NCBI GenBank assembly: GCA_963663165.1
Contig: OY760175.1
Span: 5,248,001-5,312,000, forward strand
DNA: 64,000 nucleotides
Reading direction: 5' to 3'
Source of the DNA: an uncultured Desulfospira sp.
Lineage (GTDB): Bacteria; Desulfobacterota; Desulfobacteria; Desulfobacterales; Desulfobacteraceae
Shown here in pieces: positions 31,601 through 41,254 of the stretch. A program made the position numbers and the translations under genes. Within the stretch, counting starts at the first letter, position 1; each line of letters opens with the position of its first letter. The notes under the pieces are model-generated. The model was not told the origin of the DNA. It made no database searches and saw only the letters and a list, made by a program, of their open reading frames with translations.

Positions 31601-32392
31601 ATGAAATTTTTTCAAAATTATGGCGTATTGGACCAGCCTTATGTTGGACAATTTTTGTTTCATCCCCGGCCCGAATCAGGGGGCCGGCCGCCTTCTGATG
31701 CCAGGGAAGATTTGATGATACCGGTGGCAGACGGCGTTGAGGTGGGGGGAGCCTTTCATTTTTATTCGGATCAGGCACCCATTATTCTGTTTTTCCACGG
31801 GAATGGGGAAATTGTTCAGGATTATGATGACTTGGGGGGATGGTTCACCCGCCGGGGCTTAAACTTTCTGGTGGTGGATTACAGGGGATACGGCAGATCC
31901 TCGGGATCACCGTCCATTTCTGCCATGATGTCCGACAGCCACCATGTCCTGGACTTTTTGATCAAGATGAAATTCGAGCGTCAGTACACCGGAAGACTCT
32001 GCATCATGGGAAGGTCCCTTGGCAGCGCGCCGGCCTTGGAACTTGCCGGCTCAAGGCAGGCGGACATGGACTGCCTGATCATTGAAAGCGGTTTTGCCCG
32101 GGTGGCGCCCCTGCTGTCAACTCTGGGGATTGATCCGTCAGGCCTTGGCCTCAAAGAGGAACCGGGGTTTGAGAACCTGGATAAGATAAAAAATTATACC
32201 AAACCCTGCCTGGTGATTCATGCCCAAAACGATTTTCTGATCCCTTTCTCTCAGGGAAACGCCCTGTTTGACGCCTGCCCGGCCCGGGACAAAACCCTTC
32301 TTGAGATAAAAGGGGCAGGCCACAATGATATTTTTTTCAAAGGGGCCGCCCTTTATCTTGATGCCGTTTCAAAGATCTGCACCGGGTCATGA
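31601..32392 (+). CDS. Alpha/beta hydrolase
   Basis: FHGNGE, DYRGYG, GRSLG, GAGHND. Confidence 0.92.
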   Translation: MKFFQNYGVLDQPYVGQFLFHPRPESGGRPPSDAREDLMIPVADGVEVGGAFHFYSDQAPIILFFHGNGEIVQDYDDLGGWFTRRGLNFLVVDYRGYGRSSGSPSISAMMSDSHHVLDFLIKMKFERQYTGRLCIMGRSLGSAPALELAGSRQADMDCLIIESGFARVAPLLSTLGIDPSGLGLKEEPGFENLDKIKNYTKPCLVIHAQNDFLIPFSQGNALFDACPARDKTLLEIKGAGHNDIFFKGAALYLDAVSKICTGS

Positions 32393-32902
32393 CAGGGGGA
32401 TCACCAGCACCGGGACACTGGTCCGCTTCAATACCTTTCTGACCAGTTTGGGCCCCATGGCATCGGCTAACAGGCCTTGCTGCTTGCATCCCATGACAAT
32501 GATGTCGCAGGATTCACTTACAGCCGTGGCAACGATCTCATCGGCAATGGACCGGCTTTCCGATACCAGAATTTTGACAATGGGGGATTCGGTTTCAATG
32601 CCTGAACTGTCTTCCCCGAGAAATCCGGAGATGGCCCGGCGGATTCTAAGGGCATCCACATTTTTCCCCACCAGCAGGTTCCTGGCCCCGGCCTTGTGCT
32701 GGCTGATGATGTCGTTGTAGAGGGCCTCGCCAAAGGCCATTTTGACCCGCTTTTCAGAACTTTGCCTGGCCTCTTCCATGACATGGAGGACAACAATATC
32801 CGCATTGGCACGGGCAGACAGGGTGGCGGCATGTTCAAACACTTTTTTCATATCCGTTGACAGATCTGAAGCAAACAGTATTTTCTCAGGTTCCTGTATC
32901 AT
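32387..32902 (-). CDS. Universal stress protein
   Basis: KILFASDLS, DIIVMG, VLKRTSVPVLVIP. Confidence 0.9.
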   Translation of the reverse strand: MIQEPEKILFASDLSTDMKKVFEHAATLSARANADIVVLHVMEEARQSSEKRVKMAFGEALYNDIISQHKAGARNLLVGKNVDALRIRRAISGFLGEDSSGIETESPIVKILVSESRSIADEIVATAVSESCDIIVMGCKQQGLLADAMGPKLVRKVLKRTSVPVLVIPLS

Positions 32903-32999
32903 TTTATCCTCCTGGATAATTAAGGGGTTAAGTCAATGAATCACCTAAAAAAACACCTTACATGATCTATGGTGAATTATCAATTGCCAACGCCACCGC

Positions 33000-33189
33000 G
33001 TAACCGTATTTGTAATCCGGCGTGATATTTGGATTTTATTTGGTAAGTTTAATAATGTATATTGTTGAGACTTGGGATATGGGATATGGGACTTGGGGAG
33101 GCCGTGGATGCCGCAATCCCCAAGTCCCATATCCCAAGTCCCAAGTCCAATTTTTTGGAGATTAAACGTATCATTTCAAATGCAGTTAC
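33000..33189. repeat. MITE-like element family C, copy 2
   Basis: GTAACCGTATTTGTAAT...TTCAAATGCAGTTAC; reverse homolog of 4152-4317. Confidence 0.8.
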
Positions 33190-33237
33190 CTTCGCCAACG
33201 CCATAACCGGCAACCTGCCGGAAGTTTATCCGCTGGC

Positions 33238-33429
33238 TCATGAAAACCCCCTGGACGGGCCGGACAGGCATGCTCCGGCACTGGATTTGGTCAGGCTTGC
33301 GGCACTGATCTTTTTTTTTACATCCGGACTGCTGCACGCCGGGCATTCAACCGTGTCTTCCGCTTTGCTGAAAATTAGTTTTTCAAATTCGGTCCGGCAT
33401 TTCTGGCATTGATATTCGTAAATCGGCAT
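33238..33429 (-). CDS. FmdB-family zinc ribbon protein
   Basis: MPIYEYQCQKC...CPACSS. Confidence 0.9.
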   Translation of the reverse strand: MPIYEYQCQKCRTEFEKLIFSKAEDTVECPACSSPDVKKKISAASLTKSSAGACLSGPSRGFS

Positions 33430-33511
33430 ATTCTGTCTCCTTGAATTCGGGTTAAATCATACACACTATACGATAATCAGGCCTGCTAATTAAAAACGAA
33501 GGGAGGTACCA

Positions 33512-33718
33512 ATGAAAGAGTTACTCTATGTCGGTATATTTATCGGTATCTATCTGCTGTTGCAGATCGTCATTCTGCCAAAGCTCGGCATATCCACATG
33601 AATGCGGAATGCGGCCTGCCGGGGGGCGGGCAAAGTGCAGGAAACTGGAAACAAGATACAGGAAACCCAAAACGGCATACCGGATATGAGAGACAAAAAA
33701 CGCGGCGCTGGAAGTTAA
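33512..33718 (+). CDS. Small membrane protein, candidate selenoprotein (29 aa, or 68 aa with UGA read as Sec)
   Basis: GGAGG RBS; MKELLYVGIFIGIYLLLQIVILPKLGIST-UGA-MRNAAC; hairpin GCCTGCC-GGGG-GGCGGGC just after the UGA. Confidence 0.65.
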
Positions 33719-33919
33719 CGGACAGGGCCACAAAACAGCCAAGAGGAAACAGGAAATACAACCCGGATAGGGGGCGGGCTTGAATGGCAAATTCCGTTCA
33801 AACACCAGTTTCTTGCTTGACATTGCTGTGGCCGCAAGGGTATTGAACAAAGGGATTCAAGATCAAATTTCCCCTGGGAAAAACAGGGTTTATTAATCAC
33901 ATAAATTCACGGAGGCCCC

Positions 33920-35920
33920 ATGACAGATCCTTTGTTCTCCCCTATCACCATCAACCAGCTCATCCTTGAAAACCGGATTTACCTGCCGGCCATGCACCTG
34001 GCCATGGCCAATGAGTTTGAGGTTACGGACCAGATCGTGGAATTTTATGCCCTCAGGGCAAAAGGCGGTGCCGGGATGATCTGTGTGGGGTATGCCACGG
34101 TGGACGAGCTTTCCGGAAACACCCAGAATATCGGTGCCCATGACGACCGGTTTATCCCGGGGCTTTCCCGGCTGGCCTCCGCTATAAAGGACAACGAATC
34201 AAAGGCGATTGTTCAGCTCAACCATGCCGGCCGGTATAATTTTTCATTTTTTCTGAATGGCAAAGAGCCGGTGGCCCCTTCGCCGGTGGCTTCCAGGATG
34301 ACCCGGGAAACCCCCAGGGAGATGACCCGTGAAGACATTGCCCAGACGGTGAAAGCCTTTGCATCGGCAGCCTTTAGGGTAAAACAGGCCGGGTATGACG
34401 GGGTTGAGATTTTAAGCGGGACCGGGTACCTGATCAGTGAGTTTTTATCCCCCTTGACCAACTTAAGATCCGATGAATACGGGGGAAGCCTGGAAAACCG
34501 GATGCGCTTCGGCCTTGAGGTCATGAATGCGGTCCGGCAGGCGGTGGGCGACGATTTCCCCCTGATCGTCCGGATAAACGGCAATGATTTTATGCCCGGC
34601 GGCAATACCCGGGAAGAACTCAAGGCTTACGCGTCGGCCCTGGCCAACGGGCCTGTGGATGCCCTTTGCGTGAATGTGGGCTGGCACGAGGCCCGGGTGC
34701 CCCAGATCGTGGCCCAGGTTCCCCGGGGGGCCTTTGCCTACCTTGCCGAGGGAATTAAAAAATGTGTGGATGTCCCCGTCATTGCCAGCCATCGGATAAA
34801 TGATCCGGCCACGGCCAGGAAAATGATCCGGGAAGGCCGGTGCGACATGGTGGCCATGGGGCGCAGCCTCATCGCCGATCCCATGCTGCCCCAGAAGGCC
34901 CGCCAGAAAAAGGAAAATGAAATTGTCCACTGTATTGCCTGCGGCCAGGGCTGTTTTGACCATTTGTTCAATCTTAAATTTGTGGAATGCCTGTGTAATC
35001 CCCTGGCCGGGTATGAATATCAGGGACACAGCCAAAAGGCGGATACGTCAAAGAAGGTGATGGTGGCCGGCGGCGGTCCGGCCGGCATGATCGCAGCCCT
35101 GACAGCAAAAAGGCGGGGGCATGATGTGAGCCTGTATGAAAGCAGCGGCCGTTTAGGCGGGCAGCTTCATTTGGCTGCCGCCCCTCCGGGCCGGGAGGAA
35201 TTTGTCCAGTTGGCCCGGGATCTTGAAACTCAGTTAACCCTTGAAGCCATCCCCGTGGTGCTGAATACGCCGGTGGATCAGGCCCTGCTTCAAGCTAAGA
35301 CCCCGGATGCCGTGATTATCGCCACCGGTGCCAAACCTTTTGTCCCGGATATCCCCGGTATGGACATGGATCATGTGGCAGAATCCTGGGATGTGCTGGC
35401 CGGTAAAGCCGATACCGGCAACCGGGTGGTGGTGGTGGGCGGCGGTGCCGTTGGCGTTGAAACCGCTCTGTTCCTTGCCGAACAGGGAACTCTGGAACCT
35501 GAAGTCCTCAAGTTTTTATTGGTGAACCGGGCCGAATCCCCTGAAACCCTCTATGAAATGGCAATAAAGGGAAGCAAACAGGTCACCCTCATTGAAATGA
35601 TGGATAAAATCGGAACCGGGATTGGCAAATCCACCAAGTGGGGGATGATGCAGGACCTTGGGCGGCTCGGGGTTGAGACCATCACCCGGGGCCAGGTCAC
35701 CCGGATTATCCCTACCGGCCTTTCCTATGAAAAGGATGGCCAAACCTTTTCTCTAGAGGCAGATACCGTGGTCATTGCCGCCGGGTCTGTTCCTTACAAC
35801 CCGTTAGAATCCCTGGTAAAGGGCATGGATATCCCCTGTGAGGTCGTGGGGGATGCCGGTAAAGTGGGAACCGCCTTTGATGCGGTTCACGCCGGATACC
35901 GGGCAGCCCTGGGAATATAA
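33920..35920 (+). CDS. fadH: 2,4-dienoyl-CoA reductase-like NADH:flavin oxidoreductase
   Basis: OYE barrel (QLNHAGR, RSDEYGGS), CIACGQGC Fe-S motif, GGGPAG. Confidence 0.88.
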   Translation: MTDPLFSPITINQLILENRIYLPAMHLAMANEFEVTDQIVEFYALRAKGGAGMICVGYATVDELSGNTQNIGAHDDRFIPGLSRLASAIKDNESKAIVQLNHAGRYNFSFFLNGKEPVAPSPVASRMTRETPREMTREDIAQTVKAFASAAFRVKQAGYDGVEILSGTGYLISEFLSPLTNLRSDEYGGSLENRMRFGLEVMNAVRQAVGDDFPLIVRINGNDFMPGGNTREELKAYASALANGPVDALCVNVGWHEARVPQIVAQVPRGAFAYLAEGIKKCVDVPVIASHRINDPATARKMIREGRCDMVAMGRSLIADPMLPQKARQKKENEIVHCIACGQGCFDHLFNLKFVECLCNPLAGYEYQGHSQKADTSKKVMVAGGGPAGMIAALTAKRRGHDVSLYESSGRLGGQLHLAAAPPGREEFVQLARDLETQLTLEAIPVVLNTPVDQALLQAKTPDAVIIATGAKPFVPDIPGMDMDHVAESWDVLAGKADTGNRVVVVGGGAVGVETALFLAEQGTLEPEVLKFLLVNRAESPETLYEMAIKGSKQVTLIEMMDKIGTGIGKSTKWGMMQDLGRLGVETITRGQVTRIIPTGLSYEKDGQTFSLEADTVVIAAGSVPYNPLESLVKGMDIPCEVVGDAGKVGTAFDAVHAGYRAALGI

Positions 35921-36076
35921 ACCGCGCCGGACCCAGGGGGGAGGGAGAACCCGATCCATGGGAAGATGCCGGTGCATCCAGAATGATAAGCCCCACACCC
36001 GGCCACACGCAAAATATCTATTGCCCGTGGCCGGGTGGAGGCAGGTTGGCAAAAAACGAATTTCCTGTCTAACAGA

Positions 36077-36667
36077 TCAGACGATTCCCCCCCTTTTTCG
36101 TGCTCGTCTCATGGCAGCACACAAAACAGCAATACCTCCTCCCATCAGCAGCAATGATGAGGGAGCCGGCACCGGGCTTCCCACAGCGGCCGAATAAGAG
36201 ACGCTGCAGCTCAGATCTTCATAGGAGTCAAAGTCCACATAAAAAAGGCCCCTCAAAGAGTCGTCGTATTCCGCATTGATACTCAGGTCGCATGAGCCCT
36301 CGCCCATAATGGTAAAATAAAGTGTGGCCAAAAGGACCTCTTGATCGGTGACACCAAGGAAAGACGTACCGCCTACAAATCCCCACTTGGCAGCACTCTC
36401 CAGGTATTCAAAATCTGATCCCAGCAGATAACCGGCATACCGGTATATGGTTTCATCTGCCACCTCAACATCAAAACCGAAAGACAACAGTTCATTTCCG
36501 GTTAAGTCGTCTGAATCCAGCCATACCTCTACTTCAAACACCGTATAGAGATAGCCGGTATATCCGGTTTGGGTTAAGCTGATGGATGGAGAGGCCAGGG
36601 CCTTTGTGCCGCAAAGACAAAATGCCAGCAGCAGTATCGTTAACAGCGTCGTTATTTGGGTTTTCAA
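36077..36667 (-). CDS. VPxP-CTERM (PEP-CTERM-like) surface protein with a cohesin-like domain
   Basis: Signal peptide; FEVEV..LLSFGFDV..LLATLYF..GEGSCDLSI; PVPAP + TM + RRARKR. Confidence 0.8.
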   Translation of the reverse strand: MKTQITTLLTILLLAFCLCGTKALASPSISLTQTGYTGYLYTVFEVEVWLDSDDLTGNELLSFGFDVEVADETIYRYAGYLLGSDFEYLESAAKWGFVGGTSFLGVTDQEVLLATLYFTIMGEGSCDLSINAEYDDSLRGLFYVDFDSYEDLSCSVSYSAAVGSPVPAPSSLLLMGGGIAVLCAAMRRARKRGGIV

Positions 36668-36777
36668 TTTTTTAATCTCCTTTTTTTGGTCGACCTGGAA
36701 CTTGGGGCTGCCTTTCGCTACCGTTTGCAGAGCCCAGGTCCCATATCTTATATCCCGGTATTAAATTTTTTCACCAA

Positions 36778-37863
36778 TCAGGTTTCACTTAAAAATGTTT
36801 TGTAATATTTGTACCATTGCCGGTAATCGGCAAAGTCAACATCCCCGTCCTGGTCATAGTCGGCCGCCTCAACATAGGCAGCGTCCCCTTGAGACGTTCC
36901 GATGGCTTTTCGGATAAGCACCGCATCTGACCGGCCTACGGATCCGTCCTGGTCAAGATCGCCTTCCCACTTGGCATTGATTACACCAATGGCATCCAGA
37001 TCAACGCCTCCGGAGCCCCAGGTGACCCAGGCGTCGTAAATGGAATTTCCTGCAGAATCTTCAAAGGTGCCGTCTCCGGGAATATCAACAATCCTTACGT
37101 AATTTATCTCATTTAAATCGACCAAACCGGACAGGACAAGTTCGTCTTGCAGCAGGTCGTTCAGATCAAAGGGGGTGCCGAAACTGGTATTGTAACCATT
37201 GACATGCTTGCCCGCTAGATTAAAGATATTCGTCGGGTCCTGAGTCAGGTAGGCCTGGCTGGTGGGGCCGCCATCCAGGTAATTGAGATAGGAACAGGGG
37301 AAACGGGCAAAATTGATCCCGTCAGTAGATACCTCTACATATCCCAGTTCGGCAAATAACCCGCCGGTACTCGTACCAGCACCTGTTGTGTAGTCGGAGA
37401 TGAATCCGTTTTCAAATACCGCAAAATCCGCACCGTCGCCGTTGATGATGGCCCTGTCAAACCCTAAGGTCACATAACCAGGCCCGGATCCGCTGCCGGC
37501 CAGATAGGCTGCGATCTCTTCCGAATCCATGTCCCCAAGAGAAACAATGTGCATCACATTGCCGGTTGCTTCATACAGGGCATTTTGCGGGAATGTGAAC
37601 TGGGTTCCGATTCCGTTGTCGGCGTAGACCCCTTTTATATCCGATGGTTCATACGCCTGCACCGTGGCGGCCCAGCCTACAAAGACAGGATTGACATCGT
37701 TTTTGGAACTTACGACACCGTCCCCGGCGGGGCCAACATAACCGGGGATACCGGCATCTATTCCATCCCCGCCAACCGCATCCGAATAGGGTCCGGCAGC
37801 CCATGCCGTAACCCCTGACAGGGCGATTACGGCCATGACAAACAGCCATTTAATTGGTTTCAT
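36778..37863 (-). CDS. Secreted protein with a C-terminal dockerin-like (double Ca-binding loop) domain
   Basis: Signal peptide; DFAVFENGF/ELGYVEVSTDG domain; GDLDQDGSVGRSD...ADYDQDGDVDFAD. Confidence 0.8.
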   Translation of the reverse strand: MKPIKWLFVMAVIALSGVTAWAAGPYSDAVGGDGIDAGIPGYVGPAGDGVVSSKNDVNPVFVGWAATVQAYEPSDIKGVYADNGIGTQFTFPQNALYEATGNVMHIVSLGDMDSEEIAAYLAGSGSGPGYVTLGFDRAIINGDGADFAVFENGFISDYTTGAGTSTGGLFAELGYVEVSTDGINFARFPCSYLNYLDGGPTSQAYLTQDPTNIFNLAGKHVNGYNTSFGTPFDLNDLLQDELVLSGLVDLNEINYVRIVDIPGDGTFEDSAGNSIYDAWVTWGSGGVDLDAIGVINAKWEGDLDQDGSVGRSDAVLIRKAIGTSQGDAAYVEAADYDQDGDVDFADYRQWYKYYKTFLSET

Positions 37864-37986
37864 ATTGTATTCTCCTTTTATAAGAAAGTCTCACTAAGGT
37901 CCTGAGAAGACTTTCAATATTTGTTGTGGGCGGTGCTTGGTTGGATAATCCAAGCCGTCCGGTTTCTGCCCTTTAGGGTATGACAG

Positions 37987-38616
37987 TTATAAAAATAGCC
38001 TGCGCCTGATGGCTGAAAGTCCCAGCAGTCCGCTGCCCATGATCAGCAGGGAGCCCGGTACCGGCACGGCAGCCCCAAAGTCAAGTCCGGCCCCGTTTAC
38101 CAGGTATCCTCCGGATATTAGATTTCTAAGATAAAGATTTTGCTCTGCCCAGGTTTGGATATAAAGTGAGTAATAGATGCAGGTTAAATCACTGGTATAT
38201 TCTGTAGGGAAATAAATATCCGGCTCCCCGTCCTGAACCGCACCATCAAGAATTTTCATGGTGTAGGTGCCCAGCAGGTAATCCTCATCTATCACGTAAT
38301 GGGTCCCGTTTCCCTGAATACCGGATATAATCCCATTGCCTACGATACCCGGAGTATATTTTTGATCAAAGTTTGACGGGAGATTGTTTTCATACTCGTT
38401 AATCCAGGCAGCCTCCGAGGTGTCAAAACAAAAACCCAGAGAGTAATATCTGAGGTTCACTGTCTCATCAGCATCTTCGTCCACCATTAACCATATTTCA
38501 ACAGTGTCATCCCCGTCTAAGTTATTCATTTCGATATACCAGGCCGAGGCCGGGAGTGCTGAAATAAAGAGTGTGCAAAACAAGGCCGCTGCCGCGACTA
38601 AAATTTTTTGGTTCAC
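37987..38616 (-). CDS. VPxP-CTERM surface protein, possibly cohesin-like
   Basis: Signal peptide; SLGFCFDT..LLGTYTMKIL; AVPVPG + TM + RRR. Confidence 0.8.
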   Translation of the reverse strand: MNQKILVAAAALFCTLFISALPASAWYIEMNNLDGDDTVEIWLMVDEDADETVNLRYYSLGFCFDTSEAAWINEYENNLPSNFDQKYTPGIVGNGIISGIQGNGTHYVIDEDYLLGTYTMKILDGAVQDGEPDIYFPTEYTSDLTCIYYSLYIQTWAEQNLYLRNLISGGYLVNGAGLDFGAAVPVPGSLLIMGSGLLGLSAIRRRLFL

Positions 38617-38751
38617 GTTGGTTCTCCTTATGCTATTTGGATTGCTCCTGATTTTTTATTAGGCCCCGGCCGGCGGCCCAGGGCCTTGCCTTTTAATATT
38701 GGGTGGGGGCGGATCTTGGTTGGCCAGCCAAGTCTTTCCCTGTTTGTCCCA

Positions 38752-39417
38752 TCAGGCTTTTCTGCGGCAGGTGCCGGCAAGGGCCAAAAGACCGCTACCC
38801 AGCAGCGAGAATGCACCGGGAACAGGTACGGCTGACAGGGTCCCCTCTATGGTCATGGTGATGCTGTCAAGAACAAAGTCTGTGCGGGCGTTGCCGTTCA
38901 GTCCCGCTTCGACCAGGTAAGTCAGTTCTCCGCTCTCCAGCAGGCTCAGGTCCGTGAGGGTGTATTCATAGGTTGAGGCGTCTGTGGTGGAATTAACGCC
39001 GACTTCCACAGCTTCTATGACGGTTGTGGTGCCGTTCAGTGTGACGGTGGCCAGATCCGGATAAATCGAGGTGTCCCTGGTGGTATCCATGCTGTTGGTA
39101 TCCGAGTAAATTCTGGGCGGAGTATTCCAGATGTTGTAATTCAGGTTGTCATCGTCGTGCCAGGTAAAGGTTAAGGTGACGGTAAGACCGGTATAGCCGG
39201 ACAGGTCTTCCCAGCCGCTGAAGCTGCCCGATACGGTTAAATAATTGGCAACAATATAGTCTCCCTGGATGGTATAATTTTCTCCAAGCCCGTAATGATA
39301 TACGGTCTGGTCTGCTGCCTCATATGTGTCTTCATATATTAGGGCTGCCGAAGCAGCTCCTGAAACCATAAAAAGTATGGAAAAGATTGCGGTTGTGATT
39401 AAAACTGATTTTTTCAT
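38752..39417 (-). CDS. VPxP-CTERM surface protein
   Basis: Signal peptide (AASA); Thr/Tyr/Asp-rich; AVPVPG + TM + RRK. Confidence 0.85.
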   Translation of the reverse strand: MKKSVLITTAIFSILFMVSGAASAALIYEDTYEAADQTVYHYGLGENYTIQGDYIVANYLTVSGSFSGWEDLSGYTGLTVTLTFTWHDDDNLNYNIWNTPPRIYSDTNSMDTTRDTSIYPDLATVTLNGTTTVIEAVEVGVNSTTDASTYEYTLTDLSLLESGELTYLVEAGLNGNARTDFVLDSITMTIEGTLSAVPVPGAFSLLGSGLLALAGTCRRKA

Positions 39418-39809
39418 GTGGTTTGTCCTTTCTTTTTTTATAAAATTCGAATAACTGTTATGGGGACGGCTTTGGTTATCCAACCTGGCGCCGGCCCACA
39501 ACGAAAAGCCTTTTCAGCTTGTTGATAAAAATTACATAGAAAAATCTGTGTTATTGAACAAAGCAGCACGTGCCGGAAGGACCGGTCCCGGTGGGCATTG
39601 ATTTGGGCAGCAGAATTGTGGTATTGTACGAAAATCCGTTTTTATTTGAAAACGGACAAGTACCTGCTTTAAATGCCGGTGCGATTTTTAAAGGCCCGCA
39701 GAGCATCTTGGCGGAGGCATGCGGGCCTTCCCTTGTCGAGTAAAATTTTGGGGTCGATTTTTTCCTCCTTTTTCGGTAGTACGGCGCAATAAAAATATGC
39801 CGGGTTTAA

Positions 39810-39915
39810 TTCTCCGGGGCCGCCCGGCTGTCCTTTTTTTGATCCCTGAAGGAGAGGACCCGTGGCTTTCCGGACCCCGGTTTCCCGGGGTGTGGCTTTC
39901 GCTATCCGGGAGTAG
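39810..39915 (-). promoter_or_regulatory. Cyclic di-GMP-I (GEMM-I) riboswitch
   Basis: Minus strand AAAG-CC-ACA-CCCCGG-GAAA-CCGGGG-UCC-GG-AAAGCCACGGGUCC...GGACAGCCGGGCGGCC fits the P2/P3 consensus. Confidence 0.85.
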
Positions 39916-40057
39916 GTATAGCAGGTTGTTTTTAAGATTTCTCGGACTTTTTTGCTATAATTTAAACTTTTTTGTCATAGGTTTAATTTTTTTGTTTTCA
40001 AAAGGTGTTCCCTGGCTTTTGCCCCCCCCTCAAAAAAATAGAAGCCAGGCCCCGTGC

Positions 40058-41026
40058 TTAAAGAGAAAAATCCGGGCAGGTGTTGAAGAAATCTGTCACA
40101 TTCCGGATATAGGCGTGGGGGGATGTGGATTTAAGGATTTGTTTTAAGGGCTTTGGGTGCCCTTTAAAGGAAGGGCCTAAAAATGTCCAGAATCCTTTCA
40201 TCCGGTCAATGAGATGGGCGGGGCCGGAGAAAATTTTTTCATATTCCTTGAGCAGATCGTCATGGAATGCCGAAAGCCGGGTCAGCCGGTCTTTGCCCGG
40301 GGGGGGCGGTATCTGCCGGATATCTTCGGCAAGAAAGGGATTGGCCAGAATACCCCGGCCGATCATGAACCGGTGAACCTGCGGGAACCGGTTCCGGACC
40401 CGTTCAAATGATGCGCGGTCCACAATATCACCGTTGTAGGTAAAGGAATGCCGGCTGCAGGCCACGGCTTTTTCAAATGCGTCAAGGTCTGATGTTCCGT
40501 CATACATCTGCACCCCTGTCCGGGGATGAAGAATGATCTCTTCAAGGTCGTGCCGGTCCAGCATGGGGATCAATTCGTGGATTTCATCCTTTGATTTTCG
40601 TCCCAGGCGGATTTTAACGGACAGTGAGGCTGATATCTCGGGGATGATTTCCGATAAAAGCCGGTCAATTTTTTCCGGATACAAAAGAAGGCCTGACCCC
40701 CGGTCCTTTTTGGCGATTTTGGAATGGGGACAGCCCAGGTTCCAGTTGATCCGTTTATGGCCCATGGCATACAGATGCTGGGAAAGAAAGATGAAATCCC
40801 GGGCATGGTTTCCCAAAATCTGGGGAACCACTGGCAGAGACTGGTTTAATTCGGGCAGAACGTCTTTGATTCTGGAGGGTTTGAGCCGGTATTCTCCCAT
40901 GGTGGAAATAAACGGGGCAATGGCCTCATCCAGCCCTGAAAAATGCCGGGCATGGACATTTCTAAAGGTCACATCCGTGAATCCCTGCAACGGGGCAAGG
41001 ATGAGAGAGATTTTTTGATTTTCCAT
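40058..41026 (-). CDS. tRNA-dihydrouridine synthase family protein
   Basis: LAPLQG, NWNLGCP, KIRLG, HPRT, YNGD, MIGRG. Confidence 0.88.
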   Translation of the reverse strand: MENQKISLILAPLQGFTDVTFRNVHARHFSGLDEAIAPFISTMGEYRLKPSRIKDVLPELNQSLPVVPQILGNHARDFIFLSQHLYAMGHKRINWNLGCPHSKIAKKDRGSGLLLYPEKIDRLLSEIIPEISASLSVKIRLGRKSKDEIHELIPMLDRHDLEEIILHPRTGVQMYDGTSDLDAFEKAVACSRHSFTYNGDIVDRASFERVRNRFPQVHRFMIGRGILANPFLAEDIRQIPPPPGKDRLTRLSAFHDDLLKEYEKIFSGPAHLIDRMKGFWTFLGPSFKGHPKPLKQILKSTSPHAYIRNVTDFFNTCPDFSL

Positions 41027-41254
41027 TATATTTCCATGAAAACAAAAGGCTGCGGATAAAAAAACTTTGACAACCCAAAGGCTATAAATTATAGAATCAA
41101 AAACATTTTGGCCTGAGTCTATAATAACCATCATGGACAGGCCGGGCATTTGAACCAGGCATCGCCCACCGTCTTACTGTGGCGCCTGGTATCATTTTAA
41201 CCGGAAGATTCATATAAAAAAAATTTTAAAATTGCAAGGAGTACCTTTAAAATT

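Noticed and set aside
39420..39800. Cobalamin riboswitch ahead of the surface-protein cluster
   Set aside because: Could not find the B12-box or GGGAA/GCCACTG core motifs on the minus strand.
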